21,881 nucleotides of DNA from a virus. Lineage: Duplodnaviria; Heunggongvirae; Uroviricota; Caudoviricetes. The stretch covers positions 1-21,881 of the IMG/VR virus record IMGVR_UViG_2671180357_000006, one strand, 5' to 3'. Shown piece after piece: positions 9,901 to 16,574 of the stretch. Under the pieces are notes generated by a model. The model was not told the origin of the DNA and made no database searches. It saw only the letters and a list, made by a program, of their open reading frames with translations. Every line of letters begins with the position of its first letter. The first letter of the stretch is position 1. The translations under genes were made by a program, and so were the position numbers.

Positions 9901-10461
9901 GTAGAATGGGGTAGGGTGCGGATAAACCACGCTGTAGAAGTTATCGCGTCCTCCAGCTGTCACCAGCGTCCCGATAATCTTTGCGAAGTCCCGGCGCTGG
10001 AATACACTGCCAATGTCGGACGTCAGCAGGATGATGTTGCCTTTGGCATATGCGGCCGCCAGCTGGTCAAGTGCCAGACGCGGAACAAAGTAGAATTGCT
10101 CGCGCTTGTTGGCTAAGGTCATCAGTTCGCACACGTCGCGATAACCTTGCTCATTCTTTATCAGTGCCGTGAAGCAGTAGCTTCGATCACGCACCAATGA
10201 TTCCATACATCCTCCTGACTCTTTCGCCAGGCGGGCGCGATGCTCGTATGTCGGATCGTCGACCACATTCAGCTTAACACCACAAATAACCGCCATGTCG
10301 TCGCCAGCGGCACGCTGCAGGGGGATCACACTGGCAATGTTCATGCTGTCAGCGGAAATGACAGCGGTGTAGCCAGCGTCTCTCGCGATTTTCACCGCGT
10401 TTTCTGCTTTTAGAGCTGACTCTCCCAGGGAGAAGTCAGTTCTGACCATCAGAGCCTTCAT
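6955..10461 (-). CDS. DNA polymerase III alpha-type (DnaE family, C-family polymerase), 1168 aa, with a non-canonical C-terminal domain
   Basis: Strong DnaE motifs: [10 protein letters not shown]...[27 protein letters not shown]...[21 protein letters not shown] (palm with catalytic aspartates), FRPGP, [42 protein letters not shown]. The N-terminal PHP-like region lacks the His pairs. Confidence 0.92.
   Translation of the reverse strand: [1168 protein letters not shown]
6958..7404 (-). other. C-terminal ~150-aa domain of the DnaE-like protein resembling a family-4 uracil-DNA glycosylase fold with degenerate catalytic motifs
   Basis: [18 protein letters not shown]...LYVTGVCKK...[17 protein letters not shown]...[14 protein letters not shown] aligns by eye with family-4 UDG (LVLVGEGPGEEEDKTGRPF...VYITNIVKCRPP...IVPLGAVAA...FPMFHPAYLLRNP); GEGPG is replaced by DNANG and HP by NP. 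It sits where bacterial DnaE has its OB-fold and tau-binding region. Confidence 0.55.
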
Positions 10462-10639
10462 GTGCTTTTACCTTTCTGGTTTTCTTGATTTTGTCATTGG
10501 GGAAGCCAACGAACTTCCCATACATCGAAATCGCAACCTCTTTGGCTGACTGGTGGCACTCGGGTCTATCCGGACATGCCAAACAAGCACTGCCAGTTTC
10601 AGACGCTGCGATAAGAGAGCCGAAACATCCTTTACGCAC
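10436..10639 (-). CDS. possible small Cys-rich protein (67 aa, GTG start)
   Basis: ORF filling the 180-bp gap between the CobS-like stop and the DnaE start; contains CLACPDRPECH; overlaps the DnaE start by 26 nt. Could instead be non-coding leader. Confidence 0.25.
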   Translation of the reverse strand: MRKGCFGSLIAASETGSACLACPDRPECHQSAKEVAISMYGKFVGFPNDKIKKTRKVKAHEGSDGQN

Positions 10640-10641
10640 GA

Positions 10642-11877
10642 TTAACCAAAGATCTTCTGAACCACTTCACGCGCTGCCTGTGCAGACGTGGATGGAAGTT
10701 TATTGATAAACGACTTTTCGATGCCGGCAGAGAAATCACCGCGCATCATTCCGATTTTGGCGGACAGCAGCAGCTCACGAGGCCCGATTGGCTGGCTAAT
10801 CTGATGCTTTTCATAACCTTCACGGATAAGATTCGCGAACTTCACCATCTTCTCGGCGTATTCGCGGATGACGCCTGCTTCAGCCAGCATGTTGACTTCT
10901 GCCTTCGTACTCATGTACTTCACGTTTGAAACAATGCCAAAACGCGAGAAGTTCGCTGCGTTCTGGATGTTTGTGCCTTGATAGAGACCTGTTTCGTCGC
11001 CAGAGCCGTTAGTGTTGCCAGTGCCAATGAAGGCAAAGCGTTTATGCGGGGTGATGCGGCGCCAGTCCGCAGTTGCCTCTTTGATGATCAGCGGCTCTCC
11101 TTCAAGAACTGGCTGATACACACCCAGAATCTGCGGGAACGCGAAGTCATATTCATCAGCGAGGTAAACCCAACCATTTTTCATCGCCAGCGCTAGTAAA
11201 CCCGGTTCGAAATAGGTGGAACCATCGCGAGCGAGGATCTGGCCTGTAACGTGCGCTTCCTCCATAGACGCCGTATGCTGGGCGCGGATCAGTGGTCGAT
11301 TTAGCAGGGCACATAGCTGCGTAGGAAGAGAAGATTTACCGGTTCCTGCATGGCCCCAGAGATAACCCGGGATTCCGATTTCCAGCATCATGAAGATGTC
11401 TTTAATCAGGTCGAAGTCGCCATACACATAGTTCTTCTTCGCTTCCGGTACGAACTCCGGATATGGCGTGTTGACGTTGACTGTCACCTGTAGTGGCTTT
11501 CCGCGTGGCGTTCCCAGCTCTTTGATCGTTATGCCAAGCAGCTCGTGCGCGGCCACCAGTTCGGTCTTGTATTCGACCGTTCCTGCGTAGCCCGGATGTG
11601 CGCTAATCTCCGCTACTTTTCCTTCGCCTGAATGCTTTTCGGCACGCTTCTCATTGAGTTTGGCCAGTGCCGTGCGAGAGATCGTTGGTTCATCTGGAAA
11701 CGCAGAGGTGTACATCTTCACCACTTCGTCCACGTCCAGACCCTTCGCAGACTCAGGAATATTCTCGCAACGGCCCATAGAGATATGGGATTTCAGGTAA
11801 TGAAAGGATTTGCCACACCACTTGCAGACGATGGCTTCCGGCAAATGTTCTTCTTGCTGTAGTGCAGTAGCGGTCAT
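10642..11877 (-). CDS. CobS/MoxR-like AAA+ ATPase with N-terminal zinc-finger-like extension (411 aa)
   Basis: Walker A GHAGTGKSS, Walker B region VYLADEYDFAFPQILGVYQPVLEG, sensor region TNIQNAANFSRF as in CobS/MoxR. N-terminal CKWCGKSFHYLKSHISMGRC Cys/His cluster. TAAGGA RBS upstream. Confidence 0.8.
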   Translation of the reverse strand: MTATALQQEEHLPEAIVCKWCGKSFHYLKSHISMGRCENIPESAKGLDVDEVVKMYTSAFPDEPTISRTALAKLNEKRAEKHSGEGKVAEISAHPGYAGTVEYKTELVAAHELLGITIKELGTPRGKPLQVTVNVNTPYPEFVPEAKKNYVYGDFDLIKDIFMMLEIGIPGYLWGHAGTGKSSLPTQLCALLNRPLIRAQHTASMEEAHVTGQILARDGSTYFEPGLLALAMKNGWVYLADEYDFAFPQILGVYQPVLEGEPLIIKEATADWRRITPHKRFAFIGTGNTNGSGDETGLYQGTNIQNAANFSRFGIVSNVKYMSTKAEVNMLAEAGVIREYAEKMVKFANLIREGYEKHQISQPIGPRELLLSAKIGMMRGDFSAGIEKSFINKLPSTSAQAAREVVQKIFG

Positions 11878-11974
11878 GTGTTTTTTCCTTACTGTTTGTC
11901 GTTCGTGGGGTATATCTTATATAAATATATTAGGCTGTATAGTAAGTGATTACTTATTTTTACGGGTAAAGCTA

Positions 11975-14206
11975 TTACCCAAGAATGATACGAGATAGCT
12001 CAGTGACAACTGACGGCCCTAACTCTTCTACGCTGTTTACCAGCGCGTAATTTTTGTAGAAACGTCGTGGCTCGTCGGTCAGAATCCCGATAGCCATCAG
12101 ATCGATGTCGCTCAAGGTCTCAATTTCTTTGGTGACGGTTCGTAAATGCTGATGGAATCCACTACCTGTAGCACATGGCTCCCCATCACTCATAACCAGC
12201 ATGATCTTTTTGTCCTCCATTCGCCCTGCAAACAGGGTAGCCAGTTGCGCGATACTCTCACCATCGACGTTATTGAGCAGGGGGAACGTCTCACATACGC
12301 ATCCCATGCGAGCACGGATCTCTGGAGAGTTTGCTTTCTCATTCCAGTTTTTGATAATGGGCAGCATGAGCGCCTCGAAGCGTGTAAACCCGCGCTTCGA
12401 CCTAGTTTCATAATCTGGGCTACCGAACGTGGTAAAGCCGGTGATGATGTTGGGGACATTGATACGATCTAAAGCATCCGTAATGGTATAGGCACTGGCT
12501 AGGGCCAGTTGAATCTTCACGCCATCCATTGAGCCGGACAAGTCGATGACCTGCTGGACACACGCGTTCACCGCTCTATGGTCTTCCTTCTTGCGGAACA
12601 CTCGGTCGTCGTTCATTGCCAGACGATACAGGCTCGCGCCATGTATCCGCCCACGCCTCTGACCAGGTATAAACTGAACTCGGTTGCGGCTGGCGATGGC
12701 CCGCTCTAGGTCTTTGGCCAGCGTCGAAGAAACGCCTGCAGACAGATGTTTTTCGATTTTCAGTTCAAAGAGTTTTCTGCCTTCTGGCACCATACGGTAG
12801 CGGTCGACTGGTGAGTGCATTGGTATTGCACCGAACGTCTTTCTGGTGCGCTTCACATGCTCTTCGGCTCCATCAATCAACCCGATAAAGTCGTATGATC
12901 GATCGTATGGCCGATAATCAGAAGGTGAGACGCTCATAAGCTCTTTGCTGATGGTGGCCGACAGTGCGTCTTCGGTCATTTCACCGATTCCGTCTTCCAT
13001 CTCGTCGAGCGCCTTTAGCGCCTCCTCCAGAGTCATTTCATCCGGCGCAGGAACAAAGCCAGACTCACTGTCTTTGGGCACTTCCGCACCATCTTTATTT
13101 TTTTTGCCTTCGACGTCTTCTTCTTCAGTTTCCCCACGATCAGTATCGGAGTCCTCACCGCCATCACCATCGGTGTCAGAGTCACTTGATTTCATGCCGA
13201 TAGCATCGGATTCTGGGGTGTCTCCTGACTCTTCGTGGCCTGCTTCTGTATATTTACTTTCTGTATCACTAATATCTTTAACGTGTGTAGGTAAGTCCTT
13301 ATCTAACGAATCAGGCAAATCGGAATCCCCAGAATCTTCCTCTTCTGATGCATCATCTTCTCGTTCTTCCTTGTCATCGCCTTCGCCTTTGGCAGGCTTA
13401 GATGCAGAGTCACCATGAGACGGTTCGTCACCTGATTCTGGCGTTTCCTCGGACTCGTCTTTGCTCTCCGACGGCTTTCTGGAAGATGATTTAAGTTCTG
13501 GTAATTTGCCCTCTGGCTTGTCTTTCATATCCTGCATGATTTGGGCTATAGCAGCAGCGACCTTCACGCAATCCTCAGTGTTCGACATATTGCGAACGGC
13601 CACGTCTATACCATGCTCCTTTAGTAAGGCTACCGGCCTCTCGATAAGGCGCCAGTGTTCTTCCATAAAATCGATGAAGGGGCTTTGTCCATCCCAGGCG
13701 CGGACGACCGGGCAAAGGAAGAATTTCAAAAACAATTCACGCTGGTCTCCGTGACAGGCTAAAACCGCTTCTGGTACTTTATTCCTGAAGTATTTGTCGA
13801 TAACCAGACTCTGTGTTGCAAGTAAATTACGCCGGGTTCCGTTAAAGACCTGCCCCATTCTGCGTTCAATAAAAACGTCTTCCAGCGCATTCCAAAGCCC
13901 CGTAGACGGAGCCTTTCCTCTTTCGTGCATCTGCATTGCGACTTTCGGTTCAGTAAAGAGAATATGGGCCACCTCATGGTCGAGAAAACCACGCACTGCG
14001 TTCATGAGGGTTGGCGACGCGTCGTCCGGTATAGATGGGATGTTTACCAGCACTGGTTCGCCGCGCCGGTTATAGCGGACATATGCTTCATTGCCTCGTT
14101 CTGCAACAGGTATCTGTTTACCTGAAAGCATCGCTACAACTCGTTTTACACAGTCGCGAAAATCCTGCACCTCTTTCAGTACAGCTTTGGTGGTTTTTTT
14201 GGACAT
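11975..14206 (-). CDS. CobT-like von Willebrand factor A (vWA) protein with HExxH motif and long acidic linker (about 744 aa from the RBS-supported start)
   Basis: C-terminal vWA domain with MIDAS DLSGSM and SDGEP; central ~145-aa Asp/Glu/Ser-rich low-complexity region; N-terminal LDHEVAHILF (HExxH). Start reassigned to the ATG at 14204-14206 preceded by AAGGGA; the track's ATG at 14275 lies inside an inverted repeat. Confidence 0.8.
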   Translation of the reverse strand: MSKKTTKAVLKEVQDFRDCVKRVVAMLSGKQIPVAERGNEAYVRYNRRGEPVLVNIPSIPDDASPTLMNAVRGFLDHEVAHILFTEPKVAMQMHERGKAPSTGLWNALEDVFIERRMGQVFNGTRRNLLATQSLVIDKYFRNKVPEAVLACHGDQRELFLKFFLCPVVRAWDGQSPFIDFMEEHWRLIERPVALLKEHGIDVAVRNMSNTEDCVKVAAAIAQIMQDMKDKPEGKLPELKSSSRKPSESKDESEETPESGDEPSHGDSASKPAKGEGDDKEEREDDASEEEDSGDSDLPDSLDKDLPTHVKDISDTESKYTEAGHEESGDTPESDAIGMKSSDSDTDGDGGEDSDTDRGETEEEDVEGKKNKDGAEVPKDSESGFVPAPDEMTLEEALKALDEMEDGIGEMTEDALSATISKELMSVSPSDYRPYDRSYDFIGLIDGAEEHVKRTRKTFGAIPMHSPVDRYRMVPEGRKLFELKIEKHLSAGVSSTLAKDLERAIASRNRVQFIPGQRRGRIHGASLYRLAMNDDRVFRKKEDHRAVNACVQQVIDLSGSMDGVKIQLALASAYTITDALDRINVPNIITGFTTFGSPDYETRSKRGFTRFEALMLPIIKNWNEKANSPEIRARMGCVCETFPLLNNVDGESIAQLATLFAGRMEDKKIMLVMSDGEPCATGSGFHQHLRTVTKEIETLSDIDLMAIGILTDEPRRFYKNYALVNSVEELGPSVVTELSRIILG

Positions 14207-14259
14207 TAGAATTCCCTTGTTGTTAAAACAATTTGTTTTCTGATGTGCGTAATTTATCA

Positions 14260-14292
14260 CTGTACGAACAGGCATCTAATCTGTTCGTACAG
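14260..14292. promoter_or_regulatory. perfect 12-bp inverted repeat (candidate operator) in the promoter region of the CobT/CobS/DnaE gene block
   Basis: CTGTACGAACAG-N9-CTGTTCGTACAG, 54-86 bp upstream of the CobT-like start, overlapping a plausible -35/-10 on the minus strand. Confidence 0.4.
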
Positions 14293-14310
14293 GCGCTAGA
14301 GAGGATGGGA

Positions 14311-14318
14311 GGGGGGGG
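14311..14318. repeat. G8 homopolymer tract (C8 on the coding strand of the flanking operon)
   Basis: Directly visible run of eight G between the stop of the 70-aa gene (14319) and the inverted repeat. Confidence 0.9.
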
Positions 14319-14531
14319 TTAAATTGTGCGGACGGCTACTGAACCGCAGCCGGTATTGATGAGAGTGAAGCACTTGCCCTTTAGCTCAAAGATGTATGCG
14401 GTTGCGTCTTTCATGTCAAGTAACAAAGACTTTGTTGGCAGTTCAGTGAGTATGGCTGCTGCCCCATCATCGTCAATTGAAATCGTATGTCCGACCTCAA
14501 GGGCGATCAAATTAGAAGTTATTTTTTTCAT
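14319..14531 (-). CDS. hypothetical small protein (70 aa)
   Basis: First gene transcribed leftward from the divergent AT-rich control region; GGA-type RBS; the antisense ORF 14326..14655 is less plausible. Confidence 0.4.
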   Translation of the reverse strand: MKKITSNLIALEVGHTISIDDDGAAAILTELPTKSLLLDMKDATAYIFELKGKCFTLINTGCGSVAVRTI

Positions 14532-14787
14532 TTCATATCATCCAACTGAACACGTAAATACCTTGCAATACTACTACCTATTGTATCAATACGGAATACT
14601 TATGTATCAAATACAACTTAGTTTTAAGTTCTTAAATGAGTTATTTTTTAGATAGTTGTCTATTAGTGAAGCCTTTTGCGGTCAGTAAACCTATGTAAAA
14701 AAATAGATAAGTCTTTACAACACTAACCTTTGATGTAATATCAGTAAGCACTTACCAAATAAAATCAAAACACGCAGGTTGATAATT

Positions 14788-15177
14788 ATGGCTACCAACG
14801 AAACAAAAGAAGCTAAAGTAAGTCGCTACGCTGCTTACATTGACGCTTTAATCGCGATTTCTCCGAAAAGCCAGGCGACCATCGCGAAAGAAGCAGGCTA
14901 TAAAAACCCTAACAATCTTTCACTTATCAAGAGCGGCAAAATCCCGCTTCCGATCGACAAGGTCAGAGCGTTGGCTAAAGCATTGGATGCCGATTCGGTC
15001 CGATTGATGCTAATGGTGCTGGAAGAGCGTCATCCAGAGCTGTTAGCGTTTTTTCGCGACGAAGGCACAGCCCCTCTGACTAAAGATGAAAAACTAGTTC
15101 TGGAAGCCTTCCGTCGACGTTTCGGTGACCAACGTGGTGCGTCGGAGCGGGTTGTTGAGGCAATCAAGTCGCTATGA
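14788..15177 (+). CDS. putative HTH transcriptional regulator (130 aa from ATG; the track's TTG start at 14779 is less likely)
   Basis: SQATIAKEAGYKNPNNLSLIKSGKIPLPIDKVRALAKAL looks like a helix-turn-helix; AGG 9 nt upstream of the ATG; transcribed divergently from the 70-aa gene across a 256-bp AT-rich region; stop overlaps the integrase stop. Confidence 0.6.
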   Translation: MATNETKEAKVSRYAAYIDALIAISPKSQATIAKEAGYKNPNNLSLIKSGKIPLPIDKVRALAKALDADSVRLMLMVLEERHPELLAFFRDEGTAPLTKDEKLVLEAFRRRFGDQRGASERVVEAIKSL

Positions 15178-16275
15178 GAAATTTACACGGATTAGCTCAG
15201 TAGCGAGTCGATCTCCCTTGAACTTATGATCTATCTCCTCTAAATCCTGTTTCTCTACGATTGATGCGATGTACGCCGAAAAACTGTTTAAGGCGTCTCG
15301 CATCTCGTCTATATAATCGTGTCGATCGTATACTCGATCTATCCCCTCAAGACTGTGGTTCATAATTTTGCGGGATACCTCCTGACTTATGCCTAACGCG
15401 GGGAAGTAACTACGCGCAGTACGACGCAAATCTCGGGGAGTAAATGGCTCAAGCTCCATCAACTCTGGACGTTCTAAAATCCTTCTCAACGCCTGTGATA
15501 TGGCCACCTTAGACATTGGCACATCCTCACCCTGTTTCTTGTTTGAAGGAACAAGCCACTGGCTGCCTTTTCCGTATTTGATCAGCTCCTCAACACATTT
15601 GCGCATTAGCGGGCTTAATGGTAACGAGTGCTGGCGAGCCGATTTATTCCTCGTTCCTTGATTCCATAAATTATATTCGAGGTTGAATTCTGATCTTTTA
15701 GCTCGGAGCACTTCATCTGGTCGTCTGGCCGCTACAAGACATAATCTGGCCGCCCACTTTGTACCCTCACATACGTTGAAGTAGTCCCATACATTCCAAA
15801 AGACCCAGACCTCTGCGTCGGTCAGTTTGCGCTCGCGAGGCGTGGGCTTCGCGCCACCGGCTACTCTGTTAAGCGACATATCGTTCAATGGGGATGTATC
15901 AATTAAGCCCTGAAATGCACACCAACTGAGAAACTGCTTCATCAGCGAGAACACACGTCTGCCCTGGACGATCTTGCCCTCAAGTATTAATGGGTTCACC
16001 AGCTGGTTGACTAAAACCCTACTAATGTCACTTACTTTTACTTCACAGATATGCGGCATTACATGTATCAAAATACAATGAACAGCTATTTCAGGTCGAC
16101 GTCTCGTTATCAGCAAAGATAAGCGAGTGAATAACATGAATGCGGAAGAAAACGACATGTCACCGTCGAAATTGGTGGTCGACACTGCTGACAAGCCGGA
16201 AGCGCGTTCGAGATACTCGATGGCTTCTCTAGAGGTGTTTTCTGCTGCGCGTGCTTTATCAAAAGTGTTTTTCAT
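15172..16275 (-). CDS. int: tyrosine recombinase / integrase, P4-type catalytic domain; N-terminal arm-binding domain not recognisable
   Basis: Catalytic-domain motifs LTDAEVWVFWN, RLCLVAARRPDEVLRAKRSEFNL, TPRDLRRTARSY, IMNHSLEGIDRVYDRHDY (R..H-x-x-R..Y). The first ~70 residues do not resemble the usual P4-type N-terminus. Confidence 0.85.
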   Translation of the reverse strand: MKNTFDKARAAENTSREAIEYLERASGLSAVSTTNFDGDMSFSSAFMLFTRLSLLITRRRPEIAVHCILIHVMPHICEVKVSDISRVLVNQLVNPLILEGKIVQGRRVFSLMKQFLSWCAFQGLIDTSPLNDMSLNRVAGGAKPTPRERKLTDAEVWVFWNVWDYFNVCEGTKWAARLCLVAARRPDEVLRAKRSEFNLEYNLWNQGTRNKSARQHSLPLSPLMRKCVEELIKYGKGSQWLVPSNKKQGEDVPMSKVAISQALRRILERPELMELEPFTPRDLRRTARSYFPALGISQEVSRKIMNHSLEGIDRVYDRHDYIDEMRDALNSFSAYIASIVEKQDLEEIDHKFKGDRLATELIRVNFS

Positions 16276-16303
16276 AGTCCACTCACTGAGTGAAGCCTGT
16301 TTT

Positions 16304-16323
16304 TACTGTATTTATAAACAGTA
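16304..16323. promoter_or_regulatory. LexA (SOS) box-like palindrome over the putative integrase promoter
   Basis: TACTGTATTTATAAACAGTA matches the gammaproteobacterial consensus TACTGTATATATATACAGTA at 18 of 20 positions (CTGT-N8-ACAG). It lies 29 bp upstream of the integrase ATG, abutting a -35 TTGATC, 16-bp spacer, -10 TAATAT on the minus strand. Confidence 0.55.
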
Positions 16324-16372
16324 TATTAGGCCTAAGTTTTGTATGATCAACAGTAAAATAGACTGTTTTTGA

Positions 16373-16407
16373 AAATGATTCCATACCTTACAAGTATGGA
16401 ATCATTT
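16373..16407. repeat. perfect 14-bp inverted repeat / hairpin in the integrase-cassette intergenic region
   Basis: AAATGATTCCATAC-N7-GTATGGAATCATTT. No clean U-tract on either strand, so terminator, recombinase-binding site and att core are all possible. Confidence 0.4.
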
Positions 16408-16574
16408 ATATAGCTTACGTAAATTCTGAATAAATTATGTAGACAAACCATCTTAAACGCTAAATAGTAAAAAGCGCCTAATAACGCCAACTTTGGAATG
16501 CCATCTGAGCCAGATTGATGAGAATGATTTGTTAGAAGAAAAAGAATGATGAAGAAGATGACGATCGCTAAAGT

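Noticed and set aside
7367-10116. Several plus-strand ORFs inside the DnaE gene (for example 7367..7804, 8437..9216, 9697..10116)
   Set aside because: All are antisense to a polymerase ORF with unambiguous DnaE motifs along its full length.
12945-13418. 157-aa Ser-rich plus-strand ORF
   Set aside because: It is the reverse frame of the acidic Asp/Glu/Ser-rich linker of the CobT-like gene; low-complexity mirror-image ORFs are expected there.
14207-14275. N-terminal 23-codon extension of the CobT-like gene to the ATG at 14275
   Set aside because: That ATG lies in the loop of the 12-bp inverted repeat and has no RBS, whereas the internal ATG at 14206 is preceded by AAGGGA.
14260-14292. Interpreting the CTGTACGAACAG inverted repeat as a LexA box
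   Set aside because: The arms are CTGT-N4-ACAG, not the CTGT-N8-ACAG spacing of the gammaproteobacterial SOS box seen at 16304-16323; kept only as an operator candidate of unknown specificity.
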